NCBI RefSeq assembly: GCF_018350175.1
Contig: NC_058376.1
Span: forward strand, 115,258,001-115,322,000
DNA length: 64,000 nucleotides
DNA from: Felis catus
Lineage: Eukaryota
Reading direction: 5' to 3'
In this document: piece after piece, positions 26,220 to 39,696 of the stretch
Numbering within the stretch: the stretch's first letter is position 1
Layout of the letters: the number at the start of each line of letters is the position of its first letter
Made by a program: the position numbers and the translations under genes
Notes under the pieces: model-generated
What the model was told of the DNA's origin: nothing
What the model saw: only the letters and a program-made list of their open reading frames with translations
Databases searched by the model: none

Positions 26220-28075
26220 ATACAGCCTATTATAGTATAGACATAAACAAGTTTGGGGTCTTTAGTCACAGAAGAGACATAATTAATCAGAGTACCTATA
26301 ATAACTGCTGGATTAGGCATGAGGACATCAGTAAGACACAGCTATTGAATGTAAAGTGTTCATAGTGCAGGGAGGTAGAGTTAGCAGGGATATATAACAC
26401 TATGTTTAAATATTAAAGATATGTTCAGAGAATGCAAAGAAGTCTAGAATTAACTCTGATAGCCACAAGCTAGAGAAAGTTACCATACCAATGGAGATGT
26501 TTGAGCTATGCTTTGGTGAGGGTGTTTTAGACAGAGGTCACTACATGTGCAGATGACACTATGACCGTTGTGTCTTTTCCATTATGGGTAGAAGAGAAAT
26601 GGTTCTTTTTTCTAAATCTTGATCTCTTCTTCTGGGCAAGAATCCCCCAGCAAGCGAAGATTGTGGTGACTTTATTTACTCCTGTACCCATAGTCTGGCA
26701 TAGCAGTTGGCACATAGTACTTGCTTAGTAAATGTTTGTTGAAGGGATGAATGAATGAGGTGAGGGTAAGATTTTGAAAGGCTAGGTTCAGTATTTGGAC
26801 TTATACCCTATGGGTAATGAGAGTCATGGGGGTCATTGGGGAGGGAGTCCTATGATCTCATTGGTTATGTCAGAAGGTAAAAAGTAATTCTAGTGGAAAT
26901 AGAAAGGATACATCCAAATGGGACCAGATTGTGGGCCCATTGAGTTAGAAATTCCAGGAGATGAATTAAAACTATTAGAAGAAAAATGAAGAGGACTTTA
27001 ACGTGGTAGCTCTATGGATGGGGGAAAAAGCTTCTGAATTGCAGTGGGAAGAATTCATTGACTGACTAGTTGGATATGAAGGGTGAGAAAGAGGCAGAAA
27101 GGAAACAATGAAATTTCTGGGTTGGAAGGTTGGGTGGATGGCATTGCTATTAACTGAGATCAGGAATACCAAAAGGGAACACATTTTAGAGAAAGGATGA
27201 ATTTAATTTTGGATATGTGCAGCTTGTTTTCTTGAAGGGCATCCAAATAAAGCAGAATCTGGGCTGAGATATGTAGTTTGGGGACTCAGGAGTGTGGAAA
27301 TGATGCTTGAGGTTATGGGAGAAAATGAGGTATACAGAAGAGAGTGAAGACAAAGGGGAGGATAAAAATGAAGATGAAATCCAGGAACACACATCTAAAT
27401 GATAGACAGAGGGGGGAAGAGTCAGCAGACAAGAGAGCTAACATTGATTTGAACACAAACTGTGAGACAGATGTTGTCCTAGTTACTTTGCATATGTTGT
27501 CTAGTTTAATCTTCACAACAACTCCGGGAGAGCTTATCAGAAGAGTAGGAGCTTTTCCAGGAAAGGCATCCAGAAACTTTGGTTGGAGTAAATTTTAAGT
27601 AGGTATTGGCAAACTTCTCCAAAGGACCAGATAGTAAATATTTTAAGCTTATTAGACAAACTCTGAGGTGCCTGGGAAGCCATAGATAAGCAAGTAGGTA
27701 TGACTGTGTTCCAATAAAACTTTATTTATGGACACTGACATTCAAATTTCTTATAATTTTCATATGTCAAAATGTTATTCTTCTTTTGATTTCTTAGAAC
27801 CATTTTAAAATGTGAAAACTATTCTAAGCTCATGGGTCCTATAAAAACAAGGCTGCGGTTTACTAAACCTTGGTTTAAAGAAAAAGCGGTGTTAAGTGTG
27901 GGATGCAAACATGTGAGCCCAAGAAATATCACTGAATTTTGCAAATAGGAGGTAGTTGATGACCCAGAAAAACTGGTTTCGGTAGAAGGAAGGGGCAAAA
28001 CACCATTGTAACAGGTTGGGGAATAACCAGGAGGTTGACAGAATAAGTATAAACTTTCTTAACAAGTTTGTCATG
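26220..28075 (-). mobile_element. L2 fragments interrupted by a MER58-like element
   Basis: Purine-rich L2 antisense motifs (tttaattttggatatg..., gaatctgggctgagatatg). Confidence 0.65.
27597..27872. mobile_element. MER58-like hAT-Charlie DNA transposon
   Basis: ttggcaaact...ccagatagtaaatatttta...ccaataaaactttatttatggacactg. Confidence 0.8.
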
Positions 28076-28129
28076 AAAGGAAAAGACAGTGTTAAGGTGA
28101 TACTTAAAATAGAAATATGATTTTTGTAA

Positions 28130-29410
28130 AAATATGAAAAAAGTTGGGACTACATAAATAAAAAGCTTCTGCACAGCAAAAGAAACGGTGAACAAAACTA
28201 AAAGGCAGCCTACTGAATGGGAAATGATATTTGCAAATTATATATCTGATAAAGGCTTAGTATCCAAAATATGTAAAAGATAAAACTCAACACCCCAAAA
28301 CAAATAATCCCATTAAAAATGGGCAGAAGNNNNNNNNNNNNNNNNNNNNNNNNNNNNNNNNNNNNNNNNNNNNNNNNNNNNNNNNNNNNNNNNNNNNNNN
28401 NNNNNNNNNNNNNNNNNNNNNNNNNNNNNNNNNNNNNNNNNNNNNNNNNNNNNNNNNNNNNNNNNNNAAATAAAAAAACACACAAGAAAAAACAAGTGTT
28501 GGTGAGGATGTAGAAAAAAAGGAACCCTCTTGTAGTTGGTGGGAATGCAAACTGGTGCAGCCACTGTGGAAAACAACTTGGAGATTCTTCAAAAAGTTAA
28601 AAATAGAACTACCCTATGATTCAGGAATCACACTACTGGCTATTTACCCACAAAATACAAAAACACTAAATCAAANNNNNNNNNNNNNNNNNNNNNNNNN
28701 NNNNNNNNNNNNNNNNNNNNNNNNNNNNNNNNNNNNNNNNNNNNNNNNNNNNNNNNNNNNNNNNNNNNNNNNNNNNNNNNNNNNNNNNNNNNNNNNNNNN
28801 NNNNNNNNNNNNNNNNNNNNNNNNNNNNNNNNNNNNNNTGGATAGAGTTAGAGAGTATCATGCTGAGCAACATAAGTCAGTCAGAGAAAGACAAATGCTC
28901 TTTGGTCGTACTCACATGTAGAGTTTAACAAACAAAACAAATGAACAAAGGGGAAAAAAAGAGAAGGACAAACCAAGAAACAAATTATTTTTTAAGTTTT
29001 ATTTATTTTGAGAGAGGAAGAGAGAATGCAGCCATGGGCACAAGGTCCTCAAGTGGGTGAGGGGCAGAGAGAGAAGGAGAGACAAAATCCCAAGTGACTC
29101 TGGGCTTAATCTCATGAATCCGTGAGCTTGATCTCAGGAACCTGTGAGATATCATGACCTGAGCAGAAATCAAGAGTTGGTTGCTTAACTGACTGAGCCA
29201 CCAGGTGCCCCAGAAAGATTCTTAACTGTAGAGAACAAACTGGTGGTTACTTGAGTGAAATAGGTGGTGGTGATTAAGGAGTGCACTTACCATGATGAGC
29301 ACTGAGTAATATATAGAATTATTGAATGATTATATTGTACACCTGAAACTAATATTACACTGTATGTTAACTATGCTGGAATTAAAATTAAAAGTGCAAA
29401 AAAAAAAAGT
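28130..29410 (+). mobile_element. Carnivore L1 3' end with nested minus-strand Can-SINE (about 28985-29212) and two gaps
   Basis: ORF 28555 QPLWKTTWRFFKKLKIELPYD; 3'UTR tgtacacctgaaactaat; poly-A. Confidence 0.9.
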
Positions 29411-29792
29411 TAAAGAAAATTGACAGAAAAGGCTAATACTCAAGCCCCCTAAATTATTACTTCAGTATTTCTTATTACCTATAATATATGACATCTCTAA
29501 CATGCTTGCATATGAAAGGAAAATAATGTCAAGGTGAATTAGAACTTTTATAAATTTCAAGGAATAGAAATCAAATATGTCATATTAAGCCTAGATTATT
29601 CTTTGAATAAATTATTTCACAGCTCTAATTAAGACTAAGTTACATTTAATTTCAGAAGTCCTTTTCCTCCTGCCCTAGAGTTGCTTTCTCTCCGCTTCTC
29701 TGTCCCTGAGGACATCACCCTCTCATCAGTAAGCTTGCCCCTCACTGTGATAAATCCCAGTCCACAGTCACCCAAAACCAACTTTTATATAT

Positions 29793-30050
29793 ATTTGGCA
29801 CATTGGTATTATTTTAATTATTGTTTATGATGTTTTTATACTATAATTCTTCCCTTCTGAGATTAAACCATGCAGTTATATTTTCTATGCTGTATCTCCT
29901 TCCAAAAACAGCTGTTTTGCACACGTGTTCTGGGACAGTCTTCATAGATAAGGATACACCTATGATGTCTTTCCCAAAGAGGTTTCGGAAATAAAATGTT
30001 TTGGATTTTTCCTTCTAATTTATTACATCTGGGGAGTGCTCTAATTAAAG
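29793..30050 (+). pseudogene. SLC9C relic: TM9-TM11a
   Basis: One frame gives IWHIGIILIIVYDVFI (vs IWLEVSGVLAVVVLGLIV) and AVSPSKNSCFAHVFWDSL (vs SISPEVEVFLHRFWEML). Confidence 0.7.
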
Positions 30051-30451
30051 ATTAGGAACCAAAGGAAATTATTTCAAAGCATAAAATTTCCTGGAAAGGA
30101 ATTATCTAATTAAGAAGAAATCTCTTTATTGTAAAACTCAAAATATTCAAGTAAAAGAAACTCAGGTAATAATTTAAAAAACAATTTTGTTGTGAAATGT
30201 TACACACGTATAGAAGAATACATAAAATAGACATACACTGTAGTGAATAAATATAAAGCAAACATCCATGTAAGGACCATCAGTTANNNNNNNNNNNNNN
30301 NNNNNNNNNNNNNNNNNNNNNNNNNNNNNNNNNNNNNNNNNNNNNNNNNNNNNNNNNNNNNNNNNNNNNNNNNNNNNNNNNNNNNNNNNNNNNNNNNNNN
30401 NNNNNNNNNNNNNNNNNNNNNNNNNNNNNNNNNNNNNNNNNNNNNNNNNNN

Positions 30452-30672
30452 AGAGCTCTGTCCCCCTCCGTGAGTACACAGAGGAAAGGCCATGTGAGGA
30501 CACAGTGAGAAGGCAGACCTATAAAAGCCAGGAAGAGAGAGGCCTTGATCAATTCTGACAGCACCTTAATCTTGGACTTTCAGCCTCCAGAATTATGAGA
30601 CAATAAATGTCTGTTATTTAAGCCACCAAGTCTGTGGTATTTTGTTAAGGCATCCCTAGCTAACCAATACAC
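30452..30672 (+). mobile_element. MLT1 (MaLR) LTR 3' part, inside an old minus-strand L1 fragment (about 30180-31200)
   Basis: ccatgtgaggacacagtgagaaggc...tcttggactttcagcctccagaa...aagccacc...aataca. Confidence 0.85.
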
Positions 30673-31479
30673 CAAGCAAGCAAAAACATAGTACATTGCC
30701 AGAATGTCAGAAGCCCTCAGTGTGTCTCCTTTTTATCAGATTCCCTTTAGAGGTCACCAGCATGCTGATCTTTATGGTAATTATTACTTTGTGTTACTTT
30801 ATACTTTTTCCACATATGAATGTATCTTTAAACAATTTAGATTTTAAACTTGATATAGATAGAACCATATGTATTTGCCTACAACTTTCTACTTTTGCTC
30901 ACATAAAGTTGGTATGAATTTTCCATGTTGCTACGTATAATGGTAGTCTGTTCATTTTCATTATGATAGAGTATTTCAATGTGTGAATGTACCTACCACA
31001 TGAATTGTTTTGTGGCTAGCTATTTCGATTGACATTTTGGCTAATATGAGTATTATTTAAATGAACATCTTGTATATGGCTCCACTTACATACACATTTC
31101 TCAAGGGTGCATACCTAGAATGGAATAAGCTGGCTCACAGGGTCTGTTGAAATAATTTTCAAGTACAAATTATTTTAGAAATGTGACTTCATACTTACGT
31201 TCTTCACACCAGAAGATAAGGTCACATCTTTTTTGCTGAGAAAAAACCCAGGTGGTAAAAGCATTGATTTTAGTTTGGCCATTTTGTGATAGCTTTGTGT
31301 AACCACTCTCTTAGGGAATAAATTTGAATGCTTTTTCTCTTCATGCTGTTGTCACTTTATGTGAACTCCATAAAGGACCCTGTTTATGTCTCCAATTGCT
31401 GTTTTAAATCTAAGATCACTTAGCTATCCTAATGTAAAGATTAATCTCCATTTGCAACCCTAAACCACTCAAATCCATT

Positions 31480-31980
31480 TTGTGTCCTTCTCTATCCTGT
31501 TCTATGCCTGGGGAGATTCACTACTACTGGAGACATCATCTCGGTCTTCGGACTGGCTGATGGGCTTTTGGTTAAAACTGGTCAATGACAGATTGGGTTT
31601 GGCTTCTGGTTCTGGCACATTGTTGGATTAGGTTAAGAGGAGGCGTAGGCAGGAAATCTGAGGGGTGAGAGGTTGGGATATTTCTTCTCAGCTCCCTCCC
31701 TGTTTTGGTATTGAGTCTCTGGCATTAGTGCCACTCCTTCATGTGTCTAGTTCGTTATGGGAGACTCCTTTTTTATGTCTCCAGTTTTCACTTGGTTCCA
31801 GGACCACCATTTCCTTTTCATCTCTTTAGTCCTAGAGGTGGTAATGGTTTCCTACTATTGATTGCCTCTAAGTACCTTATTTGTTCCTTATTCCTACCCA
31901 TACTTCTGTAAGGAATTTGAAAGTCTTCATTGATCCTTCTAGGGAAAATTCTGTTTCTTACTGGGACCCTGCCTGGTAAC
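31480..31980. mobile_element. Old ERVL-class solo LTR
   Basis: GC-elevated block with LTR16/33-like motifs, ending ctgtttcttactgggaccctgcctg. Confidence 0.5.
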
Positions 31981-32284
31981 GTGTATTTTAAATTTCTATT
32001 AAATAGAAATTGTGTTTCTTTAAACACAATGCCTACTCAAATTTTCTGAATAGTTGTCACATTTTATTTTAGGTTTAAGTAGAAAGTGTTGCTAAAAATG
32101 AAAAATCCATCCAAATATAAAGAGATATCAGAGACTGACTAATGTATAATTAAACATTAGGTGATGTGCATGAAAGCAAATCAAAATATGAAATATATGA
32201 TTTAATCTAGAATCATAAATCAGAGCCCATATGCCTTGTCTGAAAGTTGGTGACTAATCAAATTATTCATGGTTTTCTAAATCT

Positions 32285-32460
32285 CTAATACTCAGGTTTT
32301 ATCATTTGCCCCACTTTTATAATTGTGTTTAAGAGACTTTTCTTTAAGACCAACTAAATTATTCCCCTGCATTTTATCTAACGCCCTTTTGTTCTGGTCT
32401 CCGAAGAGAGTAGCAAAGCTGAAACTGTTGAAAGAACCACAATTTTCAACATTTCACCGG
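32285..32460 (+). pseudogene. SLC9C relic: TM11b-TM12
   Basis: VLSFAPLL*LCLRDFSLR in exact register with LLLISPVLSRVGHEFSWR (TAA from TCA). Confidence 0.65.
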
Positions 32461-33215
32461 TCATAGATTCAACCTCAGTTTTCCAGCATTTAAGCTTGGA
32501 AGAGGGAAATATGCACAGCCTTTCCAGAATTCCTGCTCTGTTGACCTTAGAGGAGCATATAATCCTAGCTTAGCTTTCATAGGCATTGGGGTTGATAGCT
32601 CTAAGCTTGGTATGAATTCTTAAGTCTACATTGAGGAAACACATGCTTGCTAATCTGTTTTTGTTTTGGATATTTTGATTTTATCAAATTTTAGCCAAAT
32701 GGTTAAAAGAATTAATTTTTAAAAAACAGTTATAGTTTAATTTGAACATAATATAAAACACTCTCTTTTCCTATCACTATTATGTTACATCAAATGTATA
32801 ATCATACAAACATGAAATATTTAAGCACAAACACTCAAAGGCTGTAGACCTTTATAGGAAGCAAAACCAAAAATAAGGGTGAGTCTATTCATTTGACTCC
32901 AGAGGTACTGTTTTACTCTTGGGTAGGTAGAAGTGGTGAAGATTTTATTTGTTGAAATAATTTAGTTGACTGCCTTTGAATACATAAGCCTGAGTAAAAC
33001 TGAAACAATAGAAGAAACCTTGGTCTTGGTCTTTTCCTTGGCCAAGGAAAAGGATGGTATAATATTGCCCTTGATATTCCTGTTGCTCAGAACAGTGCCT
33101 GGCACGTGTTAGATGCTTCATAAAGACCATATGTTGTTGAGAAAGCCAAATGTCATCAGTTCATTGAAGAGATCCATTCTGATTCTTTATACCTGCTAAA
33201 TATTTATTAATACAG

Positions 33216-33934
33216 AAGCCTCATTCGCTGTTCTAACAGTTCTGTTGCTTATAGCTTTAGTGTTTTGCATGCAGTTTGAAACAGATTGTAAAGAAGAACT
33301 CCTATGGAATATGTTGTGATTGAGGCTAATTCCCAAACACCAAGATGTTGTTTGTATTGTTTAATAGCCTTTGAAATCAGTATGAGACTAATGTACAGTT
33401 AATAATTTTACAACTGTCCTTTCCTAACACAAAACATAAGGTTTTTAAATAAAGAGAACAAGTTTAAATATAATTTTCATTAACGCATGATAGTAACATT
33501 TGTACCTAGGGAAAAGATAAAAAATGAAATGGGTTTTAATGCATACTGCAGTATGAATAGATGCTCAGTGTTGCTTTGACATTGCAGTATCTTTACAGTT
33601 TTCAAAATTAATTATTTTTCCTTTTCTATTAATTTTTAATTGCTTAAAGTTCTAAATAAGTGAAATTTCTGAGCATTTAGAATGCATCTATTGTTTTCTA
33701 TGTGTGTGGAGTGTTTGTGTGTGTGTGTGTGTGTGTGTGTGGGTATGTATATCTATATATCTATATATCTATGTATCTATCTATATCTGTATCTCTCCCT
33801 ATATATATAATTTTTAATGCTACGTAATTACTGACTCTGGTTTCTGATCCTTGACTATATTTTAATTGAATGTTCAGTATGTTGAAAAATACATGATGAA
33901 ACCAATTAACATCATAGAAAAAATCAGTACTAAG
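33216..33934 (+). pseudogene. SLC9C relic: TM13 and first cytosolic helices
   Basis: FAVLTVLLLIALVF[fs]ACSLKQIVKK (33216-33300); MKWVLMHTAV*I (vs PKRLAMAGAVRRI, about 33525-33560); clean 57-nt phase-0 exon YVEKYMMKPINIIEKISTK at 33878-33934 (cag|...AAG|gtaaga). Confidence 0.5.
33716..33810. repeat. (TG)n and (TA/TCTA)n simple repeats
   Basis: Seen directly. Confidence 0.9.
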
Positions 33935-34319
33935 GTAAGATGTCAAAGCGAAAGTAGAGCATAATTAACATTGGCAATGGAAGGAGCAGATTTAGCAGTA
34001 CCCAGTCATCATTTCCAGGTGAACTGATTAAAGTTCTTGGGATGATTTTGATCTGTGTGACATGAGAGTATGCATAGGAAAACATTTAGTACAGTATCTG
34101 AAAAATAGGAAGAGCTCAATGCATTATTAGCAACATCCGTCTCCCTTCTTTTAGGGGGACAATATTCCATCAATGTGATATGTTGTATTTAACCCATACA
34201 TTCTTTAAAAGTTCCCTGTTGAATACATTTGTATAGATTTCTTTCTTTACTTGCCACGAACTTAGTAAAGCACATGGAAAGTGTCCTATTAAAATATACT
34301 AATTTATCACAATTCTTAG

Positions 34320-35100
34320 AGCTGTAGGGAGCTGAAAGAATTTAGAGGACCCTCTCATTATATAGGTGAGAAAATTGAAGCCGAGAGCAGTGAAGTGACT
34401 CATCCAGATTCACTTGTTACTGATAAAACCAGGACCAGGAGTCAAATCTTCTAAAGAATTATAATTGATCAGAAAAAACTCTATTTTTATCATATAGGTT
34501 TTAATTCCCAACCTGATCCCCATATTCATTATTAGAGTGTAAATATCTTTCACACATGCAAAAAGAAGCACTAAATGAAATGAGTAAATCCTGGATATTT
34601 TAAAGGAAATAGCGTGATTTGACCAGAAAATAAGAATTTTCACTATATCCATGCATTTCACAGGTTGATAATTTCAACTTCTTTTATAAGGAAGCAGAAT
34701 ATAGAAGAAGGAATGCAGATTGGGAGAAAACTGGAGTTCTTGTCCTGGATTTATCACATCTCAGCTGTTAGACTTTGGAAAGGTTACTTAACTTTTCTGA
34801 GTCTCAGCAACTTCAGTTTGAGATTGGATATATTTACTTCTTGGTTTGGTGAGAAGATTATGTGATAGCATTTTGTAAACTGCCAAGCATCACATAATGT
34901 TATTATGACATGGCAGACCACAGCAGTTGAGAATGACCTTTGAGCTACACCATCTGTGTTGTAGTAGTGTTTTGCCACTTTTTGGCAAGTAACTTCCCTA
35001 GGCCCCGGTTTCCTCATCTATAAAATGGACGTAATAATAGTACGTTCAGATTTTATGAAGAATAAATTGGTTAATTAACATGAAACTAACATAGTGCCAT
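34320..35100. mobile_element. Cluster of MIR fragments
   Basis: tataggtgagaaaattgaagcc; gtttcctcatctataaaatgg; ttgtaaactg. Confidence 0.65.
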
Positions 35101-35344
35101 GATATTTTCTATTTGTAATACAATTTTATATATTATCTTTATGTGTGAAGAGCTAAAACAACTTGAAACAACTGAAATATCTATCCACAGGCAGGTACAT
35201 AAATAAACAATTTGTGGTATATCAATACAGTAGAATACTGGTTTGCAAAAAAGGAATAGAAGCTATTGTTGATGATTTTATTGGTGGTTGATCATGATTG
35301 AGAAGGATAATTATCAATACTGATATTAAGATAAGTCTTCATTT

Positions 35345-35645
35345 CCAGTTTATTGAGAAATAATTGACATATTACTGTATAAGCTTGAGTTGTACAGTAT
35401 GAGGTTTGATTTACAAATATTGTGAAATGATAACCACAATAGATTTAATCAACTTCTGTCATCTCATATAGATGCAATAGAAACAAAAAATAAATTCTCC
35501 TTTTGATGAGAACTCTTTGGATCTACTCTTTTAACAATTTTCCTATATACCATGTAGTGTGTTAACTATCGTCATCATGTACTTCATCTAATAACTGGAA
35601 GTTTGTATCTTTTGACCACCTTCCTCCAATTCTCCTTCCCTCCAC
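35345..35645 (-). mobile_element. L1MA-type 3' end
   Basis: gttttattgagaaataattgacat...ataactggaagtttgtatcttttgacc. Confidence 0.75.
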
Positions 35646-35992
35646 CCAGTGTCACTGTGTTTTCAACATATTGATAATGACCTCAAAATGTTTTTATATT
35701 TTAAAATCAATTTTAACTAATTAATAATATGATATCATGAGGGTAGTTATTAATAAATAAAAATATTAAATATTCTAAAATGGCTTACCTATTAAAATAT
35801 ATGAAATATTGGCAAAAATTAAGCAAAAGAGGAAGTTCCTTCAATAAATTCATGTAGAGTGATTTGAGGATGCACATGGCTATTTAAAAATCAGGCTAAT
35901 AACTATCCTTGCGTATCATTCTTCTCATTTCTTGGCTTAAGTGACTGTTATAAACTTATTGGTGTTAAGGTAATTCCTCATTTTATTCTTAG

Positions 35993-36147
35993 CTCTTCAC
36001 TATGTCCCAGAATTATAGAGGAGAAAAAGTTGACGGATTTTGGCCTAAGTCCAGTGTTCAGAGAGAGCAATTAAACATGTGAAGATTAGTAAAGCAGTTT
36101 GCACTTTGCATCTGAAAAAGAAGGAAATCAGAATCAATAAGCAACAG
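35993..36147 (+). pseudogene. SLC9C relic: cytosolic helical exon
   Basis: ttttattcttag|...cag|gtaaat; fragments IIEEKKL[fs]RILA, SERAIK, HFASEKEG versus MMEEARLRMLKA, SQSAVQ, ESFGEKKG. Confidence 0.55.
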
Positions 36148-36259
36148 GTAAATAGGATTTTAAATAGAGCAGTGAGATTTTTGATTGCTGGATAAATCTG
36201 CCTCCATAGTTTACCACTATAACCTACTTAGTTTAACTTTTTTCATACAAAAGATACAT

Positions 36260-36298
36260 ATTTTTAAAATGTTTATTTATTTTGAGTGAGAGTGTGTG

Positions 36299-36335
<37 letters not shown>

Positions 36336-36516
36336 ACAAGCAGAGGAGAGGAGAGAGTGAAAGAGAGAGAGCGAGAGAGAGAGAGAATGAACCCCAAACA
36401 GACTCCATGCTCAATGCAGAGCCTGATGCAGGACTTGATCTCAGGACCCTGGGGTCATGACCTGAGCCAAAATCCAGAGTAGGATGCTCAAGTGACTGAG
36501 CCACCCAGCTGCCCCA
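36260..36516 (-). mobile_element. Can-SINE with (TG)n/(GA)n
   Basis: ctgagccacccagctgcccc; TSD acaaaagata. Confidence 0.9.
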
Positions 36517-36949
36517 CAAAAGATATTCTGAATAGGGAGAAAGACATTCAGTTTGCAGAAGAGAAGTGTCAGGAACTCAGACTGAAAAGTCTTTGAATTG
36601 ATAGAAGTATAGATTCTTTAATTTGGGGGAAATCATATACTTGCCTGAGATCTTTTTAGTGAATAATCATGAAAATATTATCCTCAATGCAATTTTAGGA
36701 AATTTTAATTCTTAATTGCCTCATTATAGTTCATTGATTTTGAAAGAACACATTGTTGGGCAAAGAAGGGGCAGTTTTCTCTGAGCACACACCAGGCCTC
36801 AGAGAGGGGCATTTATTTGAGGAAACTCACAGCGATAGGACACGTGCAGGCGTGTTGCTCCTGGCGGCCTGAGGAAGCACACAGGGATCTAGCAGTATCG
36901 TATGCTATTGCTAGACTCTAAGAGAAGGAACCTTGGGCTGAGGACTTTT

Positions 36950-37164
36950 TGTTTTTTAATGTTTTTATTTATTTTTGAGACAGAGAGAGACAGAACATGA
37001 GCGCAGGGGAGGGGCAGAGAGAGAGGGAGACACAGAATCGGAAGCAGGCTCCAGGCCCTGAGCTGTCAGCACCGAGCCCGATGCGGGGCTCGAACTCACA
37101 GACTGTGAGATCATGACCTGAGCTGAAGTTGGACGCTCAACCAACTGAGCCACCCAGGCGCCCC
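36950..37164 (-). mobile_element. Young Can-SINE (SINEC_Fc)
   Basis: Perfect 16-bp TSD tgggctgaggactttt at 36934-36949 and 37165-37180. Confidence 0.95.
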
Positions 37165-37399
37165 TGGGCTGAGGACTTTTAAACTGAGTGATTAGAAAAC
37201 TGGCCCTCACAATGCCATAAGTAGGGGCTGAATAAACATCCCTCAAAGACTGTGAAAGGACTTCACATTCTCTTCTCAGTTGTGCATGGGATAGTCCTAT
37301 CGTATTAGCTGGAATTATGGCTTTGCTATTATCTTTATTTGGAAGTTAAATATGGTTTAAAGGTGTGTATGAGTGCCATAATGACAAGGGATAGACTGC

Positions 37400-37995
37400 G
37401 GTGTCTTTGTGAATTGTCAGCTTGGCCAGGCTCAGCTTTATTTCTTAGAATTCCCTTCACCACGTTTCCAGTAGGGGTGAGCCACAGGAGACTTTGCAAG
37501 GTTTGGAGGATGGAAGAGCAGTGCGCTTATTGCTTTTATGCTCAGGAGGTCAGTGCAGGTGCCATTATGGCTCACTCATGTTGTCAGTGGCTGGTATGGG
37601 GCAGCGACCTGTCCTGCAGCCACTTCACCTTCCTCTGTATCCTCTTTCAGCTTCCTCAACTCCTGGGCAACATACGTGTTGAGTTCCATGATGAAGAGCT
37701 CTAGCTTTTTTTGTAAGACATTATCAAAGTCAGGGGTAGTCAGAGCCTGATTGGGTTGCAGTCCTCTTGGGTTCCGGTTTGAGCTTGTGGATTACAGTGT
37801 CTCCTCTCTCTCCCTCATTTTACATCCATCTTCTTAATGGCTTGCCCTGTAGACTTCAACCACCAGTATCAGAGGTGAAGACCAACTCCTACAATTGCAT
37901 AAAATCACATTCTGTCATAAATCATATATATCTCATAGTGTTTCTGCTTCTTGTATTAAACTCTGATTGATACAGAATTTAGTACCAACAGTGAA
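37400..37995 (+). mobile_element. ERVL-class LTR with start of the internal region
   Basis: tgtcagcttggccagg near the start; ends ctgattgataca followed by gaatttagtacc (ERVL PBS-like). Confidence 0.6.
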
Positions 37996-38589
37996 ATATG
38001 TTTTGGAAGAATTATGCTCCCTGTAGAGGGGCAGAGAAATGATTTGATGTCAGGGAGAGTGAGATGTGCCCCAAATAATTTATCTAGAATGTTCAGGAGA
38101 TGAAGAGATTAGTTTGGGCAGGCACCAGAAAATACTCCTTGGGAAGGACAGTATTTAAGCTGTCCCTGAACTGTTTGTACTTAGACATATAACGTTAGAG
38201 GAGTATAACATTTTAATAGAGGGAATAGCATTAGTAAAGTGACAGAATACTTCCTGTTTTTTCTTCTTATATTTTCTACTGTATATCTAGTCACTCAGAC
38301 CAGTGGGAATTGTTTTTGATTTCTCTTCTCCATTGAAGTAACAAGATAGTCAAACTCAGAGAGGGAGGGGACCATAAAATTACAGCTCAAAAGGCTGAGT
38401 ACAGGAAGATCAATTACTGGAGCCGTTAGTGTCATGAGTCTACCATTCTATATATCTAATCGAGTCATTAAACCCAATTGATTATATCTTCTCCAACTCT
38501 CTTGAACCTATTTCCTTATTTTTGGTTCCCTGTCACTACTTTAGTTTTAACCCATTCTCATCTTTTAACTGGGATATTGCAATAGCTCC

Positions 38590-39063
38590 TGTACTGGGTT
38601 TAATAATGTTCCTCCCAAATTCATGTTCACCCAGAGACTCAGAATGTAACCTTATGGGGAAAGAAGATCTTGCAGATGTAATCAAGTTAACTCATACTGG
38701 ATTAGGGTGGGCCCTAATCCAATGACTGATGTTCTTATAAGGAGAGGGAAATGTGGACACAGACACAGATAGGAGAGAATGTCAATTAAAGATAGAGACA
38801 CAGGAAAACTGTCATGTGGAGATGAGATAGCTTTTGGAGTTATGCATTTGTAAGCCAAGGAATATCCGGGATTGCTGGCAACAGACTAGAAGCTAGGAAG
38901 AAACAAGGAAAGATCCACTTCTAGAGGCTTCAGAGAGAGAATGCAGCTCTGACACCTTGATTTTAAACTTCTATTCTTCAGGAAAGTGAGAAAATACGTT
39001 TTTGTTCTTTTAAGTTACCTGGTTTGTCTTAGTTTGCTATGGCAGCCCTAGCAAATTAATACA
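38590..39063 (+). mobile_element. MLT1 (MaLR) solo LTR within L2 remnants
   Basis: tgtactgggtt...cccaaattcatgt...attagggtgggccctaatccaatgact...gcagccctagcaaattaataca. Confidence 0.9.
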
Positions 39064-39696
39064 GCTATGAAACTACTCTTCTTCCCTCCAATTTTACCCT
39101 TGGTGTGTCTGAGAATCCATCCTCTACATTACCTAAAATGGAACTTTCCAAAATAGAAGCCTTTTCATGGGATTCCTCTACTTCAACATTTTGTTGGAGA
39201 TTTCAGAAAAACTATCATATCCTTAGCATGGTGTGGAGAGACCTTCATAATTAAGTCTTCTACAAACCTCTCCAGTTGTGACTCTTTCCACACCTATGCA
39301 AACATCCTAAGGCCTACCCATTCCTAAAGATACTAGCAATTTATCACATACTCTCAACTCCTGGTCAGTTTTAAGATCAGCTCAAGAATCCCTTGTGGAT
39401 TTTCTTGGATCATTTAAGATTGGCCGAGATCTTTATACCATTTTAATGGAACATTTTATATTATACTTTAATTTTTCAATTACTTCTTTGTCTCACACAC
39501 AAGAAACTAGGCTTTATGGCATCTGATATTCTTGAATATAGTATGAGTTCAATAAGCAGTTTTTGTTTGAAGACACATAAATAGATGGATGGGATTACAT
39601 GGGAAATAGAGCACAGCTTGGTTTGGCCGAGGAATCAGAGAGTCTTCCTTGGGAACTCTCCAGATTGTCTCTTTATTTTCTTCTGTGAGATAAAAT

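Noticed and set aside
36025-36050. KLTDFGLS resembles a kinase DFG motif
   Set aside because: No other kinase motifs (HRD, APE) nearby and a stop follows within a few codons; better explained as a frameshifted part of the SLC9C relic exon.
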